Assembly (NCBI GenBank): GCA_943359475.1
Contig: CALRHK010000002.1
Coordinates: forward strand, 1-61,390
DNA length: 61,390 bases
Source of the DNA: Candidatus Nomurabacteria bacterium
Lineage (GTDB): Bacteria > Patescibacteriota > Minisyncoccia > Phycocordibacterales > UBA9973
Reading direction: 5' to 3'
Of the stretch, positions 27,348 through 36,737 are shown piece after piece. Numbering within the stretch: position 1 is the stretch's first letter; each line of letters opens with the position of its first letter. Both the position numbers and the translations under genes were made by a program. A model generated the notes under the pieces. It saw only the letters and a program-made list of their open reading frames with translations, did not search any database and was not told the DNA's origin.

Positions 27348-27797
27348 ATGAAAAACCAAAAGATTATCCCGTGTGTATGGTTTAGTGCTGATGATGGTAA
27401 GCTTGCGAATTTGACTGCCTATTACCAGGATCTCTTCAAAGGAGATTTGGAGATTGGCGCGATTGTTTCTCTTGGTCAAACACCGAGTGGTTATTCTGAA
27501 ATGTGCGAAGTGACTCTGTTTGGGCAGAGGTATCTCTTTATGAACTCAGCACAAGAACATCACTCGCTGAACGATGCGGTGTCGTTGATGCTTTATTGTG
27601 AGGATCAGGCAGAGATTGATCTGTACTGGGAGTATCTCACCAAGGACGGAAGTGAGTCGCAGTGTGGATGGTGTGCGGATAAATACAAACTACGTTGGCA
27701 AATAATACCGAGAAACTTGAGCCAACTTTTAAGTAAACCTGGTGCATGGAATGTGTTAATGAAACAGAAAAAAATTATTATGAAGGAATACGAGTAG
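27348..27797 (+). CDS. VOC-superfamily protein, PhnB / 3-demethylubiquinone-9 methyltransferase-domain-like
   Basis: IIPCVWF at the N-terminus and CGWCADKYKLRWQIIP near the C-terminus match the PF06983-type pattern (GW..DKFG.SWQI.P). Confidence 0.6.
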   Translation: MKNQKIIPCVWFSADDGKLANLTAYYQDLFKGDLEIGAIVSLGQTPSGYSEMCEVTLFGQRYLFMNSAQEHHSLNDAVSLMLYCEDQAEIDLYWEYLTKDGSESQCGWCADKYKLRWQIIPRNLSQLLSKPGAWNVLMKQKKIIMKEYE

Positions 27798-27922
27798 TTT
27801 AATTGATGGGCACGACGTCCATGATTAAATTCGCCCCACGCTGGCGAAAGCAGAAATAAAAAGTTAGCAAAAGCACTTCTCCACCAGACAAAAAAATAAT
27901 ACACGATATACTTTATGTATAT

Positions 27923-28612
27923 ATGACACGATATCACTATGGGCTCATAGGAGTGTTTCTTGTGGTGTGGATTTGGGCAGCAATCAATCCCGTTTTTCCA
28001 GGAGATTGGTTACTCGAAAATTATTTAGTATTTATTTTTGTTCCTGTTATTCTTATTCTCGGGCATTATTTCAAACTTTCAAAAGTTTCCTATACGTTAC
28101 TGACACTGTTCATGATTTTACATGTCATAGGTTCACACTATACTTACGAGCACGTACCGTTTGGTTACACACTCCAAGATTGGTTTGGTGCAAGTCGTAA
28201 TATGTATGATCGCCTTGTGCACTTCTCGTTTGGTTTTCTTTTGTTTTATCCAATACGCGAAGTGTTTATGCGTGTTGCAAAAGTACGTGGCTTTTGGGGC
28301 TATTGGTTACCAATAGATCTCGCAGGCGCTTTCTCAGCACTGTATGAAGTTATCGAATGGCTCGCTGCCCGCAATGTTGACCCAGCTGCAGGGCTCGCCT
28401 TTTTAGGAAGCCAAGGAGATATCTGGGATGCGCAAAAAGATATGGTGCTCGCAATCATCGGTACGACTGTCGCTGCGATTATTGTTGCGTGTATCAATAT
28501 GGCGTACAAAAAAGATTTTTGGAAAGATATGAAAGAAAGTTTTAAGTTAGATAAAAATGACCACATGCTTGGTGAAGTCGAACTCTCACGCATGATGCAT
28601 GAAGGAAACTAA
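27923..28612 (+). CDS. DUF2238 (YjdF-like) membrane protein
   Basis: WLLENYLV..., HYTYEHVPFG, RNMYDRLVHFSFGFLL and IEWLAA are the motif pattern recalled for DUF2238. Confidence 0.6.
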   Translation: MTRYHYGLIGVFLVVWIWAAINPVFPGDWLLENYLVFIFVPVILILGHYFKLSKVSYTLLTLFMILHVIGSHYTYEHVPFGYTLQDWFGASRNMYDRLVHFSFGFLLFYPIREVFMRVAKVRGFWGYWLPIDLAGAFSALYEVIEWLAARNVDPAAGLAFLGSQGDIWDAQKDMVLAIIGTTVAAIIVACINMAYKKDFWKDMKESFKLDKNDHMLGEVELSRMMHEGN

Positions 28613-28626
28613 TTGTACGTAGCATA

Positions 28627-29238
28627 ATGCCACTTCGTCGTGAAAGGGAAATAGTGCTTTTGCAGATACTGTATCTTTTTGTGATACCGGTTATTCTTTT
28701 GTACTTTGATGTTGTACCAACAAGTCTCCGCGCACTCATGCTTCTCGCTATCTGTGCAATACTCTTTGCAATTGTTAGACATGAAAAATGGAAACCTGAA
28801 ACAATCGGTATCCATTCACCAAATCACCGTTGGTATGTGCCGTACAGCATTTTTACTCTTACGGGGATTGCGATGCTTTTGTATGTTGCACACGAGCTTG
28901 GATATGTTCCCGCATCACACTGGTGGGACAATCCACGCTTTGTTTTGCTCTTTGTTCCAATTTCAATTTTGCAAGAATTTGCATTTCGAGGCTTTCTCGT
29001 CCCATCATTGAAAGCAATCAAAATGACCCGAGCGATGGTTGTGATTGTTACCACTTTTTTGTTTATGCTTATCCATATTATCTACCCACCACTACAGGTT
29101 GCACTCCCAGTTTCTTTTATTGGTGGCCTCGCATTTGCGCTCATGTATGAGAAGTACCCAAACCTTTTTCTCGCATCACTTGCGCATGCGGCACTCAACT
29201 TTGTTGCGGTGTTGTATGGTTTTTTTGTGATAAAGTAG
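28627..29238 (+). CDS. CPBP family intramembrane glutamic endopeptidase (CAAX protease/Abi)
   Basis: Motif 1 ILQEFAFRGFL (EExxxR-like), later FMLIH and a C-terminal HAALN motif. Polytopic. Confidence 0.7.
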   Translation: MPLRREREIVLLQILYLFVIPVILLYFDVVPTSLRALMLLAICAILFAIVRHEKWKPETIGIHSPNHRWYVPYSIFTLTGIAMLLYVAHELGYVPASHWWDNPRFVLLFVPISILQEFAFRGFLVPSLKAIKMTRAMVVIVTTFLFMLIHIIYPPLQVALPVSFIGGLAFALMYEKYPNLFLASLAHAALNFVAVLYGFFVIK

Positions 29239-29328
29239 TGAAATAATTTGACCACAAAAGAGTAGTAATATGAAGAGGTTTTATACCGTCATATCCTCTG
29301 TAACCTTAACCATGTAATTATAGAAATA

Positions 29329-29826
29329 ATGAAACGTTTTCTCACACCACTTATAGTGCTTTTTGTTGGATCAGCCGGACTCTTTGGAATGATAGAAATG
29401 AAGAAAGGCATAACGATGCAAATACAAAATGTACCAAAATCTTCTCAAATTCCAGCGCTTGAAGTTGTTTCTCAAATCCCTCATACAACCCCAGTTCCCT
29501 CAAATACGACAAGCCCGCAAACTACAACGGTTACAACGACCCCCCAAACGCCAACGGTCGTAACGCCACCACCACAGACAACTACACCCAAAGCAAATAC
29601 CTACTCACTTGCAGATGTTGCAAAGCATGCCAAAGCATCTGATTGTTGGATGGTTGTTGATACTGGTGTTTTTGATGTGACTGCATACGTGACTCGCCAT
29701 CCAGGTGGTGCTCGCATTGTCCAAGGATGTGGCAAAGATGCTACTGATATGTTTTTTAATATTTCTAAACACGGGGGAAGAGCAGAAGATATTCTAGCAG
29801 GCTATTACATAGGGGATCTTAGCTAA
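29329..29826 (+). CDS. Membrane-anchored exported cytochrome b5-like heme-binding domain protein
   Basis: N-terminal TM and a Pro/Thr-rich linker (TTPVPSNTTSPQTTTVTTTPQTPTVVTPPPQTTTP). The b5 core is CWMVVDTGVFDVTAYVTRHPGG...DATDMF...KHGG, with both candidate axial His residues. Confidence 0.7.
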   Translation: MKRFLTPLIVLFVGSAGLFGMIEMKKGITMQIQNVPKSSQIPALEVVSQIPHTTPVPSNTTSPQTTTVTTTPQTPTVVTPPPQTTTPKANTYSLADVAKHAKASDCWMVVDTGVFDVTAYVTRHPGGARIVQGCGKDATDMFFNISKHGGRAEDILAGYYIGDLS

Positions 29827-29847
29827 ACCGCTCCGGCGGTTTTTTTG
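29825..29847 (+). terminator. Intrinsic terminator
   Basis: AAACCGC-TCCG-GCGGTTT followed by a T-run. Confidence 0.75.
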
Positions 29848-29874
29848 TCTACCGACTCAAGGTATACTTTTCTT

Positions 29875-30381
29875 ATGCAAAAGAAGATTCGAGTAAACGA
29901 TAAGATGCAAAAAGGGTACACCTATACATTGGTTGTGCCAACGGGGAAACAGTTTGATCCAGAATTTCGACCTGACCTTACACCAAAAGAAATGCTCACA
30001 CTTGGTGTCTTTGGTGGTAAATATATGACTGATTGCCGAAAAGAGTTTCCAAAAAGTTGGTATGCGGGTGCCAAACTCTCACCCCGCAAAAGGGATGCGA
30101 CGCTCAATTTCTTTGGTGTGAATGCGAGTCAGCCACTCTCTGTGTGGCGCGCGAAGGGGTGGATTTACAAGGAAGATCCACGAGGATGGTTTCAGTGGTA
30201 TTGTCGGTATTATCTCGGTCGTCGTATTCCCAAAGAAGATGCACGTCAAATCAAACGTTGGAAAGCGATTCGCCGACACATTGGACAGTTGAAGCGACAT
30301 TGTCGCCCAGGAGATATCTTTTGTCGGCCAGTACAGCGGCAAGCACTTTTACACTGGGCGTATGATTCCCGAAAAATGTAG
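29875..30381 (+). CDS. Hypothetical basic, Trp-rich cytoplasmic protein
   Basis: 168 aa, GWFQWYCRYYLGRR...RWKAIRRH. Start trimmed to ATG 29875, downstream of the terminator. Family not recognised. Confidence 0.5.
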   Translation: MQKKIRVNDKMQKGYTYTLVVPTGKQFDPEFRPDLTPKEMLTLGVFGGKYMTDCRKEFPKSWYAGAKLSPRKRDATLNFFGVNASQPLSVWRAKGWIYKEDPRGWFQWYCRYYLGRRIPKEDARQIKRWKAIRRHIGQLKRHCRPGDIFCRPVQRQALLHWAYDSRKM

Positions 30382-30403
30382 AGTATTATAGAAAGATAGA
30401 GTC

Positions 30404-30961
30404 ATGAAGGTAATCACACGCAAAACATTGGCAGTATGGCTCCCGCTCGCATTTATTGTGACGATTCTCTTTGGGGTTGTGTATGCAGTCAACAAGCAAA
30501 TGTCACGCCAGGGCGCAAATGATCCACAGATTCGTGTTGCCGAAGATGCTGTTCACAACCTTGAAAATGGTTCTACGATTGAACGCATAGTACCAAAAGA
30601 GAAAATTGATCTTGAGAAAAGTCTTGCGACGTTTATTATTGTGTACAATAATGCGCACGAACCTGTTGCAAGTTCAGCGCTCCTCCACAATACAATTCCA
30701 ACCCCACCAAAAGGTGTATTTGAATATACCGATAATTACACAATCAATAGAGTAACATGGGAACCTTATAAAGATTTACGTTACGCGATTGTTGTATATA
30801 AGTATGTAGCACCCCAGTCTGGATACGTACTTGTAGGCCGATCACTACGAGAGGTGGAACATCGTGATTCGTTGCTTGCAATGATGCTTGCTGGCGCACT
30901 TGGTTTTACGCTCGTAGCATCGTACGCACTCATCGTAATACTCAATCGAATTTGGAAGTAG
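30404..30961 (+). CDS. Hypothetical bitopic membrane protein (TM - extracytoplasmic domain - TM)
   Basis: N-terminal TM WLPLAFIVTILFGVVYAV and C-terminal TM LAMMLAGALGFTLVASYALIVIL. Confidence 0.5.
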   Translation: MKVITRKTLAVWLPLAFIVTILFGVVYAVNKQMSRQGANDPQIRVAEDAVHNLENGSTIERIVPKEKIDLEKSLATFIIVYNNAHEPVASSALLHNTIPTPPKGVFEYTDNYTINRVTWEPYKDLRYAIVVYKYVAPQSGYVLVGRSLREVEHRDSLLAMMLAGALGFTLVASYALIVILNRIWK

Positions 30962-30962
30962 T

Positions 30963-30988
30963 AAAAAACCCGCGGCGCGGGTTTTTTA
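30963..30988. terminator. Bidirectional intrinsic terminator between convergent genes
   Basis: A6-CCCGCG-GC-GCGGG-T6. Confidence 0.75.
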
Positions 30989-30997
30989 CTGAAGATA

Positions 30998-31459
30998 TTA
31001 TTCAACAATGAGTGTACCTTTCATTCCCATTTGTCGATGCTTACCAACTGAACAGTAGTATTCAAACGTACCTTTCTTGTCTGCAACAAAAGTAATTGTG
31101 TCGTTTTCGCCAGCATTGAGTCGCTTTGTCTTAACATTAAATGCATCAATGACAAGATCATGAAAGCCATCTTTATCATTGAGCGTGATTTGTACTGTTT
31201 GACCTTCTTTTGCGCGGATTTCTTTTTCAGAGAATGAATAATTTTGTGAATCAATTATAACAATTTTTCTCTCGGCATCAGTAATCACGCCCGTGTCTGT
31301 AGTAGGGGTAGTTGGTTCGGTGTTCTCAGTCTTCGTTGCATCAGGTAGATGGGTGGTTTCGTCGATGTCTTTTTTGTTAAAAATAAAAAGTCCAAGTCCA
31401 ATCAAAATAATAATAAGCACAACCCACATTCCTTTGTTTGGTTTTTGTGTATTCTCCAT
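30998..31459 (-). CDS. Membrane-anchored cupredoxin (blue copper) domain protein
   Basis: TM WVVLIIILIGLGLFIF, a Thr/Pro linker, upstream His (GFHDLVID), and the C-terminal ligand loop YYCSVGKHRQMGMKGTLIV (Cys-His-Met). Start trimmed to ATG 31459. Confidence 0.7.
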   Translation of the reverse strand: MENTQKPNKGMWVVLIIILIGLGLFIFNKKDIDETTHLPDATKTENTEPTTPTTDTGVITDAERKIVIIDSQNYSFSEKEIRAKEGQTVQITLNDKDGFHDLVIDAFNVKTKRLNAGENDTITFVADKKGTFEYYCSVGKHRQMGMKGTLIVE

Positions 31460-31580
31460 ACGTAAAATAAATAAATAATAAAGAGACCGATTCTTCTGTA
31501 TCATATCCTACTTAGGAGTATTACGCACGACCAGTAAAGCCGGACTTTTTCACGGATTTTTCTTATGATACACTATACCT

Positions 31581-31853
31581 ATGAAGCGACTTTTCTGTTC
31601 AAGAACAAACAGAGTTTTTTTTGGTATTTTTGGAGGTCTAGGGGATTATTTAAAAGTTGATCCAGTAATACTACGTCTCTGTTACTTACTCCTCACGGTT
31701 TTTACTGGACTGATGCCAGGCTTGTTTGTATACCTTATTGCTGGTCTTATTGTTCCAAATGCACCACTACCAGGTGAGCCACTACATGTTGCACCAGACG
31801 AGGTGCATACTCCACACAAAGAAGAGAAGGCTGAAGAAACATCAAAAAATTAA
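31581..31853 (+). CDS. PspC domain-containing membrane protein
   Basis: RVFFGIFGGLGDYLKVDPVILRLCYLLLTVFTG is a canonical PspC domain. Confidence 0.8.
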   Translation: MKRLFCSRTNRVFFGIFGGLGDYLKVDPVILRLCYLLLTVFTGLMPGLFVYLIAGLIVPNAPLPGEPLHVAPDEVHTPHKEEKAEETSKN

Positions 31854-31854
31854 A

Positions 31855-32481
31855 ATGGATTTCACTAAAAAAAAGTATGCAGTAATTGGGTTTACTATCT
31901 TTATAGTAATTGCTATTTACCTTGGTAATAAAAGTGGAATGCTGACGGCTCCAACAGAAGTGCCCACCTCTCTTTCTCCTGGGAATACGCTCTATAAAAA
32001 CGCAAACTATCATTTCGAAGTGCAGTATCAAACAGGTATGCGAATTGATGAAAATTATACCAACGACGTCTATCCTGCACTTGGTCCAGCATACAAACTC
32101 TCTGGTGTTGCGTTCTTTGTTCCGAAAGAACTTATAACTGGCACCAATTTATCTGCAGATTCACATATCAGTATCGAAGTACTTCCCGAAAAAGCTTTAT
32201 GTGAAGCAACAAGTTTTCTCGGTGATCAAATAAATTCACAAACTGTCACGGTTGTTGGTGATACCACGTACACCGTTGCAAAAGGAGGAGGAGCTGGAGC
32301 GGGGAACCTCTACGAAGAAATAGTTTCCTTTGCTCCATCACAAAAGCCTTGTGTAGGTATACGACTTTTTATACATAGCACCAATATCGGTAACTATGAT
32401 CCAGGCACTATCAAAGCATTCGATAGGGTAAAACTTGATACAATTTACGAAGTAATGAGAAGCTCGCTCAAGCTATCTTGA
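31855..32481 (+). CDS. Hypothetical membrane-anchored extracytoplasmic protein
   Basis: The ATG is 1 nt after the pspC stop. TM AVIGFTIFIVIAIYL. Ends in a TGA stop. Confidence 0.5.
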   Translation: MDFTKKKYAVIGFTIFIVIAIYLGNKSGMLTAPTEVPTSLSPGNTLYKNANYHFEVQYQTGMRIDENYTNDVYPALGPAYKLSGVAFFVPKELITGTNLSADSHISIEVLPEKALCEATSFLGDQINSQTVTVVGDTTYTVAKGGGAGAGNLYEEIVSFAPSQKPCVGIRLFIHSTNIGNYDPGTIKAFDRVKLDTIYEVMRSSLKLS

Positions 32482-32548
32482 CTTTTTTTCAATCATCAGT
32501 ATACTTTGAGCAAATCTAACTATTTTAGTTAAACAAAAGAATAAGAAA

Positions 32549-32926
32549 ATGAGAAAAATTAACATTGTAGGGAACCAGAGTTCCACTGCACTCTTGAGTT
32601 CGCGCGTGCTGGATGATATGTCCAACGAAAACCAGACACGATTTAAACGCAAAGAACTGGATTGGCTTAGTCCAATTCCGGTTCGTGGTGTTTACCGGGC
32701 GCTAAAAAATCAAAGACACTTTCATGTGCAAAAAATGGATGTCCAGGGAGAAAATGTTCTCCCTGAAGATGTCATTTATGTAAAACTGTATGGAGAAACA
32801 TTCAAATCAGTGACGGTTCCAGTTGAATCTGGAGAAAAGCTGATTGCAAGTGGGACGCGCGAGGATGACAGAATTGTAGCTATTGTTATCGATGGTGACG
32901 GTGCCTCGATTGGCCTTCCTGAGTAA
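32549..32926 (+). CDS. Hypothetical protein
   Basis: 125-aa ORF followed by a terminator. No recognisable motif. Confidence 0.4.
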   Translation: MRKINIVGNQSSTALLSSRVLDDMSNENQTRFKRKELDWLSPIPVRGVYRALKNQRHFHVQKMDVQGENVLPEDVIYVKLYGETFKSVTVPVESGEKLIASGTREDDRIVAIVIDGDGASIGLPE

Positions 32927-32947
32927 TAGGGTAATAATAATTTATTT

Positions 32948-32976
32948 AAATAGCCCCCAGCAATGGGGGCTTTGTT
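32948..32976 (+). terminator. Intrinsic terminator
   Basis: GCCCCCA-GCAA-TGGGGGC followed by TTTGTT. Confidence 0.7.
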
Positions 32977-33033
32977 ATTGACATTTTTCATAATTTGTGA
33001 TAGGGTGAGTTTACAATAATCATATAAATAGTT

Positions 33034-34380
33034 ATGACCATTAAGTCACTTCGCAGAAAAATTCACACCAATCTTTGGAGGTTTACTACCTCAGAGATTT
33101 TTTATTACACGGCACTTTCGGTAATAGGACTACTTTTGCTTTTTTTGATTGTTCTAACAAAGTCAAAAACTGCTGCATCAATCGATACAGAACCAATGCT
33201 CTTGGTTTATACAATTTTGGTGACAACCTTTGAGCTTTCCCGACTTATTGCAGCGATGTTCTACAGCAATACTGTTCATATACATAAAATGCACCCAGAT
33301 CTCAAGGCACAAACACACAACTACGAGCCGCTCGTAAGTTTTGTGGTTCCTTGTTATAACGAAGGACCAGCAATTGAAAAAACAATAACGAAATGTTTTG
33401 ATGCAGACTATCCAAAAGAAAAGTTAGAAGTGATTGTGATTAATGATGGTAGTACCGATAATACCCGTGAAGTACTCTATCGTTTACAAAAAACAAAATT
33501 CCCAGAGCTTGTAATCATTGATTTTAAAAAGAATCAAGGTAAGCGCCATGGTATGGCGGAGGGTTTTGCAGCTGCAAAAGGGGAGATTGTCGTACAGCTC
33601 GACAGTGACAGCTATATTGTGCCAGAAACATTCCGTGAACTCATTGAACCATTTCGTAATCCAGAAATTGGTGCTGTGTGTGCGCATGCCGATCCAGAAA
33701 ATGCAGATAAAAATTTTCTAACAAAAATGCAGGCAGCATACTACTTCCTCTCGTTCCGTGTCTTGAAAGCAGCGGAGTCCTCATTCTTTACGGTGTTTTG
33801 CTGTTCAGGATGTTCATCAGCGTATCGCAAAAGCGTGGTAATGCCGATTATGCAAACATGGCTCCATGAAAAATTTCTCGGTCTTCCTGTAACCTGGGGA
33901 GATGATCGTGCGCTTACTAACTGGGTTTTGCGACGCAATTTCAAGACTATGTATACTGATAAGGCAACTGCTTTTACTATTTGTCCTGAAAATTTGCGCC
34001 AACTTATGAAACAGCAAGTGCGATGGAAGAAGGGATGGTTTGTTAATTCACTCAACGCAAGTAAATTTATTTATAAAAAGAATCCTTTCGTTGCATTTAC
34101 CTACTTCTTTCCACTTATCTTTGTCACATTGAGTACGCCATTTATGGCAACAAAGGCACTAATCGTAAACCCTCTTTTTTACGGCACATCACCACTTTTT
34201 TATGTTCTCGGTGTCTTTCTCGTGTCGTCACTTATTGTGACATTTTACCGTGCAGTCTCAAGAGAAAATAAATATTGGCCATACGTCTTTGCGTGGTCTG
34301 CAATCAACATGGTGTTGCTGTCATTCGTATTATTTTATGCACTCTTTACGATTCAAAATCGTAAATGGGGAACACGATAA
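33034..34380 (+). CDS. Processive family-2 glycosyltransferase, hyaluronan synthase / NodC / chitin synthase-like
   Basis: 448 aa with flanking TMs. Motifs: VIVINDGSTDNT, QLDSDSY, CCSGCSSAYRK, FLGLPVTWGDDRALTNW and QQVRWKKGWF (QxxRW). Confidence 0.85.
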   Translation: MTIKSLRRKIHTNLWRFTTSEIFYYTALSVIGLLLLFLIVLTKSKTAASIDTEPMLLVYTILVTTFELSRLIAAMFYSNTVHIHKMHPDLKAQTHNYEPLVSFVVPCYNEGPAIEKTITKCFDADYPKEKLEVIVINDGSTDNTREVLYRLQKTKFPELVIIDFKKNQGKRHGMAEGFAAAKGEIVVQLDSDSYIVPETFRELIEPFRNPEIGAVCAHADPENADKNFLTKMQAAYYFLSFRVLKAAESSFFTVFCCSGCSSAYRKSVVMPIMQTWLHEKFLGLPVTWGDDRALTNWVLRRNFKTMYTDKATAFTICPENLRQLMKQQVRWKKGWFVNSLNASKFIYKKNPFVAFTYFFPLIFVTLSTPFMATKALIVNPLFYGTSPLFYVLGVFLVSSLIVTFYRAVSRENKYWPYVFAWSAINMVLLSFVLFYALFTIQNRKWGTR

Positions 34381-34384
34381 TTAT

Positions 34385-36682
34385 ATGTCTATCGATACAC
34401 ATATTTCAAAAATCAGATATTTGTTTACACTCGGTGTGTTACTTCTCTCCGCAGTGATAGTTAGTGGAAGTTTTTCTTTTCAGGGATCAGGCGTACTTTC
34501 TGCTGAGAATCTTTCACGAGAGGTTTCGTATTATCGCTACAAAGCACAATTTGCAGGTATCAATCAAGCAGATGAAAATAAAGATGCTGTATATACACGT
34601 TCACAAAGCCGTACGGATGTAATACCTGTGCTGGTGTATCACGGAATTGTTAGTAAGCCAGATCGATTCAGTATGACGAGTGCAACATTTGCGGAACAAA
34701 TGGGGGCACTCAAAAAAGCAGGGTACCATACTATTTCAATGGAAAATCTTGAAGCTTTTTTAAGTGGCAAGGATACACTTCCAGAAAAATCATTCATCTT
34801 AACATTTGATGATGGACGTAAAGACAGTTTTTACGGTGCTGATCCAGTGATTCACGCGCTTGATTTTACCGCAACTATGTTTACCGCAACAGGCGTGTCG
34901 TTGCCAGAAAAAATTGAGAAGAAGAGTACCTACTATCTCAATCCACAAGAAATTGTTCGAATGCATAAAACGGGACGATGGGATATTGAATCTCACGCTA
35001 TTCAAAAAGAGGGTGGATTTATTACGATTGACGCTGATGGTACGAAGGGAAATTTTCTTAGTAATAAAATGTGGTTAGATGATCAGGGAAGACTTGAAAC
35101 TAATACTGAGTATGAGGCACGAGTTACCAAGGAGCTTTATGATTCGAAGACGGCAATTGAAAAAACTTTAAATAAAACTGTGACTGCTTTTTCGTACCCG
35201 TTTGGCGACTTTGGCCAACAGTCAGAAAATCTTTCAAATGAGTATGCAGAAAAAGTAATCAATAAAGCTGTGAGTGATAACTATAAAGTGGCATTTCATC
35301 AAATTTGGCCAGTTGATCATGATTTTAGTCAGAACCATGTTGGTGAATCACCCTACTTATTGAAACGTATTGAACCATCTCCATTTTGGAGTGGCGAAGA
35401 ATTACTTGGCTACATTAACTCTGGTCAACCAAAAAAGTTTCCCTACAGTGAGACATTCGTTAACGATCAGGGGTGGAAAAATCTTTGGGGTGAACTTTCT
35501 GTTACTGAAAATAGACTTGTAACCAAAGCAGCACCAACCACTGCAGGTTCGGTGACTTTTCTTGATGGAACATATAACTGGAAAGATTATGTGGTAACAT
35601 CGCAAATTGACTGGAATTCAGGTAGTCACGTAGTACTCGTTGCTCGTTATCAAAATGCTGATAACTATGCGAGCTGTATTATTAGTGATGACAATGCTCG
35701 AATTGAACAAATTATTGATGGAACCACAACACGACTTGCTGAGGCGAAAATTGATTTTGTAATGCCAAAACAAAATGTACCACTTTCTTTTGCTCTACGA
35801 CAAAATAGTGCGGAATGTTTTATCGGCAACAAATCGTTAGTAAAAGCATCAGGTGTAAGTACTAAAATTGCGAACGGGGGAATTGCATTTAAAACATGGG
35901 ACAGTGTACGTGGTATTGCATCAGTTACTGTGCACTCAGTCAGTGTAAACGAACTTACCAATAAAAATACTGTTGCATCGCTCCTCCCTCAAAATGAAAT
36001 TGTGTTTACCCCATTACCTACGAAACCTACAAAGCCAACAACAAAACCAACACCAGAACCGAAGCCCCCAGTTATTCCAGTTGAAACAGTTTCAGAAATT
36101 GCACTCTATAGCCCAAATGGCGCAATGCGACCATATCATGTACTTAATTTTAGAGAGACAAGTGCATGGAAAAATGTATGGGGAACCTATTCAATTGAAG
36201 GCCCACTCTTAAGTGTTGGTGCAACACCAAATACTACTGGTGGCATGACTATATTAAAGGGAACATCAACATGGGGTAATTATAATTTTATGGCACGAAT
36301 TGAGTCCTTGTCTGGTACAAGTTTTTCTTTGGTTGCACGATATACAAAAAATAATAATAAAGAAAGTTATGCATCATGTAGTTTTATGAATTATGGCAAT
36401 GTGTCCTATGTACGCCTCGATCAAGTTACCAATGATGCAACAATGCAAATTGGAAGCTCAATAAAACTCTCACGTTACTTTACAAGCAACTGGAAAGATG
36501 TTCCATTTAGTATTCGTGTTATTGGAAATGAGGTCATTTGTACTGCAAACGGAACAGATGCGATCCGTGCAACGCTTTCAAACCTTACTACACAAGGTGG
36601 AATTGGCGTAAAGACATGGTCAGAAGCAAAAGGCTCAAGTAACGTAAAAATTAAAGAAATTGAAGTCACCCCTCTCCAATAA
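34385..36682 (+). CDS. Exported polysaccharide deacetylase (CE4/NodB) fused to two concanavalin/LamG-like domains
   Basis: The ATG is 4 nt after the GT2 stop, with an N-terminal TM. NodB motifs: FILTFDDGRKDSFY and ESHAIQ. A Pro/Thr linker (PTKPTKPTTKPTPEPKPP) lies between two jelly-roll-like modules. Confidence 0.75.
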   Translation: MSIDTHISKIRYLFTLGVLLLSAVIVSGSFSFQGSGVLSAENLSREVSYYRYKAQFAGINQADENKDAVYTRSQSRTDVIPVLVYHGIVSKPDRFSMTSATFAEQMGALKKAGYHTISMENLEAFLSGKDTLPEKSFILTFDDGRKDSFYGADPVIHALDFTATMFTATGVSLPEKIEKKSTYYLNPQEIVRMHKTGRWDIESHAIQKEGGFITIDADGTKGNFLSNKMWLDDQGRLETNTEYEARVTKELYDSKTAIEKTLNKTVTAFSYPFGDFGQQSENLSNEYAEKVINKAVSDNYKVAFHQIWPVDHDFSQNHVGESPYLLKRIEPSPFWSGEELLGYINSGQPKKFPYSETFVNDQGWKNLWGELSVTENRLVTKAAPTTAGSVTFLDGTYNWKDYVVTSQIDWNSGSHVVLVARYQNADNYASCIISDDNARIEQIIDGTTTRLAEAKIDFVMPKQNVPLSFALRQNSAECFIGNKSLVKASGVSTKIANGGIAFKTWDSVRGIASVTVHSVSVNELTNKNTVASLLPQNEIVFTPLPTKPTKPTTKPTPEPKPPVIPVETVSEIALYSPNGAMRPYHVLNFRETSAWKNVWGTYSIEGPLLSVGATPNTTGGMTILKGTSTWGNYNFMARIESLSGTSFSLVARYTKNNNKESYASCSFMNYGNVSYVRLDQVTNDATMQIGSSIKLSRYFTSNWKDVPFSIRVIGNEVICTANGTDAIRATLSNLTTQGGIGVKTWSEAKGSSNVKIKEIEVTPLQ

Positions 36683-36737
36683 AAAGCTCCTTTTGGCAAG
36701 GATTGTAATTATCTTTTAGTCTATTACACTATAGTGT

